IMG/VR virus record: IMGVR_UViG_3300030098_005273
Location: 1-54,759 of that record
DNA: 54,759 nt
Source: a virus
Taxonomy: Duplodnaviria; Caudoviricetes
Reading direction: 5' to 3' (one strand)
Shown: positions 46,700 to 54,683 of the stretch, in pieces
Layout: each line of letters starts with the position of its first letter
Numbering within the stretch: position 1 is the stretch's first letter
Program-made: the position numbers and the translations under genes
Notes under the pieces: model-generated
Database searches by the model: none
What the model was told of the DNA's origin: nothing
The model's input: the letters and a program-made list of their open reading frames with translations, nothing else

Positions 46700-46816
46700 T
46701 CATGTCGGAGCACTACTTTTTATTGGACTTTCCTTTTGTTCTAGTTTGGATATCTTTAATTTGAGCCGTTCTATCTCCTGAAGCGCTCTTTCCAGAGTTT
46801 TGCTTGTTTGCTGCAT
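46700..46816 (-). CDS. Short coiled-coil ORF (38 aa); frame continues past TGA to 46583
   Basis: AAAGGAG 5 nt before ATG 46816; MQQTSKTLERALQEIERLKLKISKLEQKE. Confidence 0.5.
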   Translation of the reverse strand: MQQTSKTLERALQEIERLKLKISKLEQKESPIKSSAPT

Positions 46817-47000
46817 CCTGTCTCCTTTCGTCTAAATATTTAGTAAACTTATCATCATCTTTTTTGTACTGTACATATGCTGTAAAAGCCGCATCCACAT
46901 TCTTTAAGTATCGACCTATTTCATAAGTCTCTCTTATTAAATGATTTATAGCATTTTTGAAATCAGCATTTGTAGGTTTTTTATTGTTATTTTTCTTCAT
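46713..47000 (-). CDS. Hypothetical protein
   Basis: ATGA coupling; YVQYKKDDDKFTKYL motif. Confidence 0.7.
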   Translation of the reverse strand: MKKNNNKKPTNADFKNAINHLIRETYEIGRYLKNVDAAFTAYVQYKKDDDKFTKYLDERRQDAANKQNSGKSASGDRTAQIKDIQTRTKGKSNKK

Positions 47001-47164
47001 TTTTCCATCCCCATTCTATCTAGTACTCTTGTCATTCTTTCACTCATCCAATTAAGATGAACTAATGTTTCTTCTAAAGTGTCCCATATATCTGCAATTT
47101 CTTTCTTTATATCAGATATAGTTTTGTCTTCTTTAGGTTTAACTTGTTTTGCTTTTGCAGGCAT
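46997..47164 (-). CDS. Small hypothetical protein (55 aa, not in ORF track)
   Basis: MPAKAKQVKP...RVLDRMGMEK; TAATG and ATGA overlaps with neighbours. Confidence 0.65.
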   Translation of the reverse strand: MPAKAKQVKPKEDKTISDIKKEIADIWDTLEETLVHLNWMSERMTRVLDRMGMEK

Positions 47165-47511
47165 TATTTCCCCCATTTTTTATTTCTTACAATTAAAGCC
47201 ATTACTGCATAATTGGCTATATCTATTAATGTATCATCTAAGCTTTCATTATTAGGTTCTTTATCGTTCATAGATAGGTTTAGAAAGCGAGATATTTTAT
47301 CTTGCATACGTATACCTACCCCCATAGCTGAAAGCCTTACTTCGTTTGGTTTTTCAGGCTTAGATTTTCCTAGCCCTATATTGCTTGGACCGTAATCTAA
47401 TTGCTTTTTACAGAACAATTCTAATTGCTCCTTTTGTATCTCTTTAAACTTTTCTAATGTTTTAGGATACCTAATCTTTATTTCGTATTCAGAACTCTGA
47501 TGATCTGTCAT
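47164..47511 (-). CDS. DUF1599 / nucleotide-modification-associated domain protein
   Basis: KKQLDYG, RMQDKISR, ESLDDTLIDIANY motifs; AGGAG before ATG 47511. Confidence 0.75.
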   Translation of the reverse strand: MTDHQSSEYEIKIRYPKTLEKFKEIQKEQLELFCKKQLDYGPSNIGLGKSKPEKPNEVRLSAMGVGIRMQDKISRFLNLSMNDKEPNNESLDDTLIDIANYAVMALIVRNKKWGK

Positions 47512-47758
47512 GGATCTCCTCTTTGTTTGTATTTTCGTGTAATTTATAGAAAAGGCTTTGGACACCCCATCTAGTATTGAAGGCCCATATTTCTATTGTG
47601 TGTGGTTTTTTATCTATCATTACTTCACCAGTCCAACCTGGCTTTATAGTAGCGAATTGACCATTTTTAGTGGTAACTCCTCGCCATTTACCAGTTTCTT
47701 TATCTGGCTTGTATGCTTTGGTATCCTTTTTAAGGAACCCATTACTTACTTCTCTCAC
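47489..47758 (-). CDS. Hypothetical protein, possibly ssDNA-binding
   Basis: GGAGG before GTG 47758; PGWTGEVMIDKKPHTIEIW beta pattern. Confidence 0.6.
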   Translation of the reverse strand: MREVSNGFLKKDTKAYKPDKETGKWRGVTTKNGQFATIKPGWTGEVMIDKKPHTIEIWAFNTRWGVQSLFYKLHENTNKEEIHDRSSEF

Positions 47759-47788
47759 TTGAACCTCCAAAGTTAATGTAGAGGCTTA

Positions 47789-47817
47789 AAGTTAGCATAT
47801 CTTGTCGTCATTTTCAA
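47789..47817 (-). promoter_or_regulatory. sigma70-type promoter with extended -10
   Basis: TTGAAA-N17-TAACTT with TGn before the -10; flanked by inverted repeat GAGGCTT/AAGCCTC. Confidence 0.55.
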
Positions 47818-47847
47818 CGAAAAATTCTTCAAGCCTCCACAATTCAA

Positions 47848-47933
47848 TATAGGCGAGAGCTGAGCACAGCTATTTGTTTTCCTCTCTTATGTCTCTACAA
47901 CCTCGTCAGGATTTACGCTCGTAGACACCTATA
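47848..47933 (-). ncRNA. Stem-closed multi-branch RNA element
   Basis: TATAGGTG/CGCCTATA closing stem; TCTAC/GTAGA and GAGAG/CTCTC arms. Confidence 0.45.
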
Positions 47934-47940
47934 AATTTAC

Positions 47941-48030
47941 GAGAGAAGGCGTGTAACAGTTACTCTTATGTTACTTTATTGGCTGTCAATTAAATGACTG
48001 ATGCATCACCTGCGGACTCTACCTTCTCTC
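47941..48030 (-). ncRNA. Stem-closed multi-branch RNA element
   Basis: GAGAGAAGG/CCTTCTCTC perfect 9-bp stem; internal GTCA/TGAC and GTAACA/TGTTAC hairpins. Confidence 0.45.
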
Positions 48031-48036
48031 AATTAT

Positions 48037-48837
48037 CTATGCTCTTGCTGCAACCCAGTTACACAATCCATCTACTATTGTAGCATTATGATTGTATGAT
48101 GCAACTGTTGGCTTTTCTTTATGCCACAATTCATCTGTTGCTGCATTCAATAGATCCCAACCACTTTGATGTTCTTTGGATAAAAATCTATCTAATACTG
48201 AGCCCCATGTACCTGTAGGAATACTTTCTAAATGATCAAATCTTATATCTTTTAGACTACCTACATCAACATGAGTTGAGTTTAATTCTTTGAAGTTAGA
48301 TATTAATTCATTAACTGATTTATGTCTACCTTCACCACCAGCTTGAAGAATACCAGATACTTTTTCTAGCTCCTCTTCCCAGTTTTCACTATCAGGACTA
48401 TGTCTGAATCTATACTTATTTAATACATTGTGACTCATCATACCATTAGTACAAGCAAGTCTATATATCATCATCTTAAATCCTAAAGAAGTGCTGCCAT
48501 CATAACTATTCCACATTTGAAATCCAATAGCTACATCATCACCAACACCAACTTCTCCAATACTATTATCTCTAGCTATATAGCTTATAGCATACCTCCT
48601 ACCATCAAAGAATGTTTTCTCTTCTTCCATGTTTAGGTTAGAATTAGTAGCTATTTCTTCAGCCATATTTCTTACTCTAGCATTGTCAATAAGCAGGTAG
48701 TTATTGCTAACTGTACCTACCTCTTTCCATTTCCATTGTCCTTCTTTATCTATATCCTGTCTTTGAACAGAATAAGCATTTGATTGTATCCCTTGATAAT
48801 CAAGAGGTACTTTTCTTATATCAGAATATGGGTTCAT
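48037..48837 (-). CDS. DUF932 family protein
   Basis: WNSYDGSTS and YRLACTNGM signatures. Confidence 0.85.
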   Translation of the reverse strand: MNPYSDIRKVPLDYQGIQSNAYSVQRQDIDKEGQWKWKEVGTVSNNYLLIDNARVRNMAEEIATNSNLNMEEEKTFFDGRRYAISYIARDNSIGEVGVGDDVAIGFQMWNSYDGSTSLGFKMMIYRLACTNGMMSHNVLNKYRFRHSPDSENWEEELEKVSGILQAGGEGRHKSVNELISNFKELNSTHVDVGSLKDIRFDHLESIPTGTWGSVLDRFLSKEHQSGWDLLNAATDELWHKEKPTVASYNHNATIVDGLCNWVAARA

Positions 48838-49021
48838 CCTTTCTCCTCATTTTTCGTTTTATAAATTGTTTTATTAAGTTAGAGTAGCTATCATGTGTGC
48901 AGTAGCATAGAGAGTGAGTAGGAGCATGATCTAACTCATACTCCCATTCAATTCCTCTGTCGCAACTACCACATAAAGTATATCTAACTACATTGTTTAC
49001 CCTATATAGTATAGTTTTCAT
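48821..49021 (-). CDS. Small zinc-finger-like protein
   Basis: CGSC and CYC motifs; ATGA coupling. Confidence 0.6.
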   Translation of the reverse strand: MKTILYRVNNVVRYTLCGSCDRGIEWEYELDHAPTHSLCYCTHDSYSNLIKQFIKRKMRRKDEPIF

Positions 49022-50751
49022 CCTATTATTGCTCCTTTTACATCTAATTGAACATCGAGATTTTCCTTTTCTCTATTAGCTGTACTTTCTATCTTTAACA
49101 TTTGTATAAGATTATCACTATCTTTAAACGGTGTTACAGATATAACTTTATTAGCATTATAAGCAATACGGAATGAACCTTTTGCTGACGCAATATTCAT
49201 ACCTTCTGCGTATGCTGATTTAGTTATTTCAGATACAGCGAATACAATAATATTATTATGTATAGCAAGCTCCATTAATGATTGAGAAACTTCTTCTACT
49301 TTCATATTATTATCTGTTCTTTTACTTTTAAACAAGCCCATGTGATCTACAACTACTATCTCAGGTTTCTGAGGGAGCATTTGTATACGTTTCTGCAATT
49401 CATGAGCAAAACAGCTACTATAATCTACTGTTAACCAGTCAAAATCTTTACTGATTCCATTAGAATACTGGCTATAATACTCCTTTAATTGCTCTTCGTT
49501 CCATTTATTGTTTATCATAACAAATCTCATCCACATCTGTCTTGGACTCATTTCCATCTCTAAGAAATATGTATTACGCTTAAAGGTGTTAACCCAATTT
49601 TGCAATAACATAGTTTTCATAGATTTAGGAGGAGCCTGTATGATAACCACTTCGCCTGGATATACAGGATAATCACCACCATAAGCTGTCCCTATATTAA
49701 TTGGATTGTGGTCTCTTGTTAGAAACTCAACAAGTTCTTTTTCCATACTTGCTGCATCCATAGTGTTTTGAGAAGCTTTAGCTTTGTATAGTCTACAAGT
49801 GGATTGGCAATTCTTATCCATCCAAACATCACTACAACCATAGTTATAGCCATTACCATTATGACCTTCATAGCAATCAGTTACTATTTTATCCATCTCA
49901 TTTTTACTAAATGGATGAGATTTAATATCAACTCTTTCTCGCCAATCTTCCATAATAATTCTGACTACATGTTCTGGATATCTCCATCTTAAGTGTGCGG
50001 CTATGCGTAGTGCTAGTTGATGTCGAGAGCCTTGTGGGCTGCCATCTAACATCTTCTGTATACATGGATACCATACAGGATCAGGGTTTCTACCTAAAGT
50101 TACAGTTTCAAACTTTTTATCACTACCCTTAGTTTTTCTTGACAATACATCAAATACAGGTTCACATTCCAATGTAATCCATTCATAAGTATGTCGTTTA
50201 CCTGAAGCAAGTTTTTCAATTTCTTCAATAGATCCATTTAATTCAGCTTTGCTTAAAGGTATTTTCCATAATTTAGATTTGCTATTTAATGTATTTACTA
50301 CTCTAATAAGTCTTGTCTTATCTGATACAGATGAATCTGCATATTCATATATACCTTTAGACATTAATTCATCTTTTACTTTTAAATGTAAATCAGGGCA
50401 AGGCTTCCATCTAAATGCTTGACCAGGTATTCCTAAATGAAATCCTGTTCCAGAAAAGTATGGTTGATATGGTACACATAAATCATCTAACAGTATTGTT
50501 AATCCAATAGCTTTCTGTCTCGCATTTTCAGGGTTTTGTCCATCTACATCTAAAATGAATTCGTCTGGCATATACAGTATTCCATCGTAACTAGATAAAG
50601 TCTTATTCTTTTTAACATACTCAGTAACATGACCATCATAATCCCATAAAGACATAAATGTATCTTGAGCCATACCAGCCCATTTATCTATATCTGCTAT
50701 ATCTCCGAAATGATGTCTATTAGCTAGGCCAAAAGCATATTCCTTTATCAT
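49018..50751 (-). CDS. AEP primase fused to Cys-cluster domain and DnaB/RepA-like helicase
   Basis: AEP motifs ILDVD, FSGTGFH, RLIRVVNT; Cys cluster PCI...YGC..CQSTC; Walker A-like APPKSMKT and Walker B VVVDH. Confidence 0.85.
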   Translation of the reverse strand: MIKEYAFGLANRHHFGDIADIDKWAGMAQDTFMSLWDYDGHVTEYVKKNKTLSSYDGILYMPDEFILDVDGQNPENARQKAIGLTILLDDLCVPYQPYFSGTGFHLGIPGQAFRWKPCPDLHLKVKDELMSKGIYEYADSSVSDKTRLIRVVNTLNSKSKLWKIPLSKAELNGSIEEIEKLASGKRHTYEWITLECEPVFDVLSRKTKGSDKKFETVTLGRNPDPVWYPCIQKMLDGSPQGSRHQLALRIAAHLRWRYPEHVVRIIMEDWRERVDIKSHPFSKNEMDKIVTDCYEGHNGNGYNYGCSDVWMDKNCQSTCRLYKAKASQNTMDAASMEKELVEFLTRDHNPINIGTAYGGDYPVYPGEVVIIQAPPKSMKTMLLQNWVNTFKRNTYFLEMEMSPRQMWMRFVMINNKWNEEQLKEYYSQYSNGISKDFDWLTVDYSSCFAHELQKRIQMLPQKPEIVVVDHMGLFKSKRTDNNMKVEEVSQSLMELAIHNNIIVFAVSEITKSAYAEGMNIASAKGSFRIAYNANKVISVTPFKDSDNLIQMLKIESTANREKENLDVQLDVKGAIIG

Positions 50752-50939
50752 TCTACCTCCTTATAAAGTGAAATATTTCCACTTTTTTTATCAACATTTA
50801 TACGAATTTCTTCATTTAATTTCCATCCCATTCTTTTCCATACATGTGGTGGAAGACTAACTTGATACGTATTAGTAGTAGAGTGAGTATTTGATGTAGA
50901 TCTTACGAATGCTTTATAATTATTCTTTTTATTATTCAT
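50748..50939 (-). CDS. AbrB/MazE-like DNA-binding protein
   Basis: YQVSLPPHVWKRMGWKLNEEI swapped-hairpin pattern. Confidence 0.7.
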   Translation of the reverse strand: MNNKKNNYKAFVRSTSNTHSTTNTYQVSLPPHVWKRMGWKLNEEIRINVDKKSGNISLYKEVE

Positions 50940-51184
50940 TTAATCTCCTTTATCTTCCAGAGTTGTTCTTTATTAACTCTATTTAATTTCTCAACTTCTA
51001 TAATATCATCTAATCTCATTCTTCTAAATTCTCTAGTATAAGTTTCAGTGCTACCTAATCTATAATTAAATCTCATAAACCACGCATTAGATAAGTTTTG
51101 AATATCATGCGTAAGGAATGTTTCATTCTGCATTTTCTTCATTTTTAAAAAGTCTGTTATATGATTCCTGACTGTATACTTCAT
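50936..51184 (-). CDS. Hypothetical protein (82 aa), possibly winged-helix
   Basis: AGAGGAG before ATG 51184 (MKYTVR); ETYTREFRRMR helix. Confidence 0.65.
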   Translation of the reverse strand: MKYTVRNHITDFLKMKKMQNETFLTHDIQNLSNAWFMRFNYRLGSTETYTREFRRMRLDDIIEVEKLNRVNKEQLWKIKEIK

Positions 51185-51201
51185 TGGGTCTCCTCTGGTT
51201 G

Positions 51202-51342
51202 TAAAAGAGAGCCTCACATATTCCTTTGCCTTTGGAGCCGACGAGGGCATATCGCAGGACTTATTTTCCCTGTAGATGACTGGCCAAATTGGAAATATGT
51301 CATCCTTACCATACAGGAGGACCAGTTATTGGCTCTCTTTTA
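51202..51342 (-). ncRNA. Stem-closed RNA element, scaffold copy 1 (109-nt insert)
   Basis: TAAAAGAGAGCC-AATA...GTGA-GGCTCTCTTTTA (12-bp stem); internal CCTGTA/TACAGG, GATGAC/GTCATC, TGCC/GGCA helices. Confidence 0.6.
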
Positions 51343-51351
51343 GTTTTTTAT

Positions 51352-51903
51352 TTAGAAGGGTATATCATCAGCAGAAACAGTGGTAGAAGCTGATTTAGCT
51401 TCTGCTTCTAACTTCTTTTCAACCTGTTTAATAATACCATTCTTAATACTACCTACTGCTTCAGGACTGAAAGACAAATGCTCTCCTTCTTGAGCTATAG
51501 GTGCGACAGTGTCAAATACTCTACTGTATTCATTACCTGTCTTTTGCTCTTTATAGATATAAACTTGAATAGTTTTACCTACAAGATTCTTTGGATCATC
51601 GTCATACTGAATTAATGGGTTCTTTCCATTAGGATCTTTCAATACTCCAACAATACCAGCATTAGCATGTTTGAATAAGTTAGCTATCTTGAACTCTTCC
51701 TTAGTAGTGTTATTGAATGTTTCATACACTCTAATGTTCATGTTCTCAGGATAGTCTTTCATCAGAACATCTACATACTTTTTGCTATCACCGTTACCAG
51801 CTTCATAAGTTCCATACTCAGCACCAGATATTTCTACCTCATGCCATCCTTCTTTGAACTTTTCACCGCCACCGCCTCCAGCAGACATTGTTTTTATGGC
51901 CAT
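51352..51903 (-). CDS. Putative single-stranded DNA-binding protein
   Basis: Downstream of ERF; acidic-aromatic C-terminus ADDIPF; EGWHEVEI and LVGKTIQV beta strands. Confidence 0.65.
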   Translation of the reverse strand: MAIKTMSAGGGGGEKFKEGWHEVEISGAEYGTYEAGNGDSKKYVDVLMKDYPENMNIRVYETFNNTTKEEFKIANLFKHANAGIVGVLKDPNGKNPLIQYDDDPKNLVGKTIQVYIYKEQKTGNEYSRVFDTVAPIAQEGEHLSFSPEAVGSIKNGIIKQVEKKLEAEAKSASTTVSADDIPF

Positions 51904-51914
51904 CTTTTTTCTCC

Positions 51915-52379
51915 TTACTTACGATTAGTTATCGATTCACCGTCATCATCATATTGAGAAATACCTACCATTGCACATAAAGCAAATCTACGTGCATATG
52001 TTATAGTAGCTCCTACACCTTGTGCATCAGCTTTTGTTATAGGCATTTTCAATTTAGATTTTATCCATTGTCCAGAGCTATGCAATAACATAGTTGTGAC
52101 ATAAAAACTTCCTCTTTCATCTACATCATTCCCTTGTATCACAGATAATCCGTGCTTAGTAAGATATGGGAAGGATGCTTCAATACATGTGTGTAGATCA
52201 GCGTAACTAGATTTAAAGAATGGGTTAGTAGATTTCTTCTGTGCACCTTTCATTTCTGATTGTGCCTTAGATAGAGCATCTGCTAATTTTTCTATATTAT
52301 CTGATTTCCAATCTACATCTTTTTCTGTACTTATTTCTATTTGGGGGATAGGCTCCCTTTGTGGAATTTCTTTTTCCAT
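51915..52379 (-). CDS. erf: ERF family single-strand annealing protein
   Basis: NPFFKSSYADL, LLHSSGQWI, GATITYARRFAL...GI..DDDG signatures. Confidence 0.92.
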   Translation of the reverse strand: MEKEIPQREPIPQIEISTEKDVDWKSDNIEKLADALSKAQSEMKGAQKKSTNPFFKSSYADLHTCIEASFPYLTKHGLSVIQGNDVDERGSFYVTTMLLHSSGQWIKSKLKMPITKADAQGVGATITYARRFALCAMVGISQYDDDGESITNRK

Positions 52380-52415
52380 GGTTCTCCTCTTATTTTTGTG
52401 AATTTTAAGCTTATA

Positions 52416-52444
52416 AATTTATGTAAAAACTATCTATCAAACAA
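52416..52444 (-). promoter_or_regulatory. sigma70-type promoter upstream of erf
   Basis: TTGTTT-N17-TAAATT. Confidence 0.5.
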
Positions 52445-52449
52445 GGGAA

Positions 52450-52499
52450 AAGAGAGCCTCACTCTGTCAGGTTAAACCTCCTTGGGTATTGGCTCTCTT
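52450..52499 (-). repeat. Stem-closed RNA element, scaffold copy 2 (24-nt insert)
   Basis: AAGAGAGCC-AATA-CCCAAGGAGGTTTAACCTGACAGA-GTGA-GGCTCTCTT; same flanks as 51202-51342. Confidence 0.65.
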
Positions 52500-52513
52500 A
52501 GACCACGATAGAA

Positions 52514-52873
52514 TCACGCCAGATTCAATTTCTTTTTCCTTGCACCACGTTTTCCTTGTCCGTGATTCATCCAAGATTTTATATAGATATTAGATATCCA
52601 GTCTTGTAATGTAGGAATAAACCCTAGGTCTTCCAGTATGTGCTGCTCCGCTATAGATTTCACTGGCACTTTCTTTCCATCGCTATTTTGCAGATATATA
52701 CCAAAGGTTTTCTCGCATTCTTCTATCCCTTGACTATGATGCCTTAACATTCTATGTCTGATATCTGGGACATGTGTCTTAGATTCATCAAACCAGGCAT
52801 GTATAGCATGATAGTCTTCTTCTTTGCCTCCAAATCTAGATTTACTAGACTTGCAATGATTAAACGCCTTCAA
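52514..52873 (-). CDS. DUF6915-like protein
   Basis: H..SS...FGG..EDY..IHAWFDESK, RHRMLRHHSQG, AEQHILEDLGFIP..DW; likely TTG start at 52873. Confidence 0.75.
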   Translation of the reverse strand: MKAFNHCKSSKSRFGGKEEDYHAIHAWFDESKTHVPDIRHRMLRHHSQGIEECEKTFGIYLQNSDGKKVPVKSIAEQHILEDLGFIPTLQDWISNIYIKSWMNHGQGKRGARKKKLNLA

Positions 52874-53396
52874 AACTAATCTCAGCTTCTGAATATTCTT
52901 GTTCAGTAGTTCTGACATTCCATTCATGATTAACTTCTACTTTATTATTGACAACATCCCAAATTAAATGACCTTGAGAGCCTTCATTTATCTCCCAGCC
53001 ACCAGGAACAAGTTGAAATAAAGCATCAAATGCCATATCTTCACCTTTATCTCCTAATGCTTTCTTTAATTCAGGACAATTTTTATCATCAGAAAAGCTT
53101 CCAGGAAATCCTTCCCAGTCATATTTACCTGTATTGTCAACATAAGCATAGATTTCATCACCAGAATCACCATATCCAGAATATTCTATGACTATTCTTT
53201 TAATATCTGTGCCTTTTCTAAGACATTGCTCTCTTAATTTCTTCATTCTTTTAAGAGCTTCATTTCTTCTAGATATATTAAGATAATCATACCAATTTCC
53301 ATGCTCACCTCTTTCATCTTTACCACCTTCAGCAGAATAAGCTGATTTAGGCCAAGATTCTTTAGGTCCAAGTTCTATGTATTGTAATTTTTCCAT
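52860..53396 (-). CDS. DUF6878-like protein
   Basis: IEYSGYGDSG and GWEINEGSQG signatures; adjacent to the DUF6915-like gene. Confidence 0.75.
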   Translation of the reverse strand: MEKLQYIELGPKESWPKSAYSAEGGKDERGEHGNWYDYLNISRRNEALKRMKKLREQCLRKGTDIKRIVIEYSGYGDSGDEIYAYVDNTGKYDWEGFPGSFSDDKNCPELKKALGDKGEDMAFDALFQLVPGGWEINEGSQGHLIWDVVNNKVEVNHEWNVRTTEQEYSEAEISFEGV

Positions 53397-53662
53397 TATT
53401 TAGTCCTCCATACTCTAATTGATATAGGGTTTTTACTCTTACCTTCTATTGTTCTAATGGTGTATTTTCTATCAGTGTTTGTATTAAGTTTATACATATG
53501 AGCTTTAACACTAACTGTTGAAAAATCTGGAGTAGTTCCATTTATATAAAAACTATCACCTATTTCCATATTTTCAATAAAATTGTATTTAGTACTATTT
53601 GCTCCCCAAGTATATGTGGGTATTGGTATGCCTTTTTCTATTGTAATAACATTTGTTTCCAT
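53396..53662 (-). CDS. Small conserved phage protein, putative DNA-binding
   Basis: IEKGIPIP...KYNF..MEIGDSF...RVWR pattern. Confidence 0.75.
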   Translation of the reverse strand: METNVITIEKGIPIPTYTWGANSTKYNFIENMEIGDSFYINGTTPDFSTVSVKAHMYKLNTNTDRKYTIRTIEGKSKNPISIRVWRTK

Positions 53663-53958
53663 TATAATGTTTCTCCTTCTTCTTTGCGGGGAGCCTCATC
53701 ATTGCCACATTGATAGTCTTCCCAGTTGTCATGTTCACAAGCATGTCTTTGAGTGGCGCATGCATAACAATCTTCTTTAGAGTTATTACTCCATAGTTTA
53801 TCCATATGTTTATCAAACTCGTCTTGCATGTATTCAAGATCATATATCTTTCTACCATTTTGTTCTCTCCAATATATTGGAATAACTATATTATCTCTGT
53901 AGAAATTATCTATTTGGTCTTGTATTTCATGCAATAATGCATCTTTTTCAAAGCTCAT
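53662..53958 (-). CDS. Hypothetical protein with Cys/His cluster
   Basis: CYAC...HAC.H; TAATG coupling. Confidence 0.65.
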   Translation of the reverse strand: MSFEKDALLHEIQDQIDNFYRDNIVIPIYWREQNGRKIYDLEYMQDEFDKHMDKLWSNNSKEDCYACATQRHACEHDNWEDYQCGNDEAPRKEEGETL

Positions 53959-54298
53959 CTTTACTCCTCATTAATTTCCAGTCACCTTCAACAAATAAAT
54001 GGTAGTTGATTTTATCAAAGACTTCATCTTTCTTTAACTCACCATCTTCCCATAAATCTTCATCAGGCACTTCTTCAAGATTATCAGAGCCTTTTATAAG
54101 TATAGCTATTTCATCTCTTAGTGTAGTTATAGTGTGACCATATTGTTCTGCATTAATCACAGCTTTAAACTTTTCATGCTTTAAGTCTCTATATTCTTGA
54201 TAACCAGGTATCAAATGAAGATAGCCTACTTCTTGCCAAGATTTCAATATTTCTCTAAGCTCTTGATTTTCCTGCAGTTCCTTAATTATACCTTGCAT
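53948..54298 (-). CDS. Hypothetical protein
   Basis: GGAGG RBS, 116 aa. Confidence 0.7.
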   Translation of the reverse strand: MQGIIKELQENQELREILKSWQEVGYLHLIPGYQEYRDLKHEKFKAVINAEQYGHTITTLRDEIAILIKGSDNLEEVPDEDLWEDGELKKDEVFDKINYHLFVEGDWKLMRSKDEL

Positions 54299-54683
54299 CT
54301 TTTACCTCCGCTAATTTGCATTTTATTGTCCAAGGTTTGTTATTATATCTTTTAACATGATCTTGAAAGTCTTCATAAACTTCTTCATTATCAGAATGAG
54401 CTGTTACATCATACCAAGATATAAAATCACATAACTCAGAACTAAGGTCATAATCCATTTCTAGATAATATTTATCTTGATATTCTATAAATCCATATTT
54501 ACCTTCAAGTTTTTCTTGAATATAGAAATTACCATCACCATCTATATTAGGTACTAGATTCTCTGCATTAGGTAAATCAGTAACTATATCTCTGGCTACA
54601 GCTAAAGCTACAGCACAGTATTGACAATTCTCTGGCTCGCCATCTATCAAATCATTCCCTGTTATCATAAATTTCGTGGACAT
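54282..54683 (-). CDS. Hypothetical protein
   Basis: GGAGG RBS; IDGEPENCQYCAVALAV motif. Confidence 0.7.
   Translation of the reverse strand: MSTKFMITGNDLIDGEPENCQYCAVALAVARDIVTDLPNAENLVPNIDGDGNFYIQEKLEGKYGFIEYQDKYYLEMDYDLSSELCDFISWYDVTAHSDNEEVYEDFQDHVKRYNNKPWTIKCKLAEVKDARYN

Noticed and set aside
47880-47915. Hammerhead ribozyme (CTGACGAG...GAAA on the minus strand)
   Set aside because: Bases after CUGACGA do not pair with those before GAAA, so stem II cannot form
51218-51326. HDV-like/theta ribozyme (TCCTCCTGT, CCCTCGTC segments)
   Set aside because: Could not build the nested double pseudoknot (P1, P1.1, P2, P3) by eye
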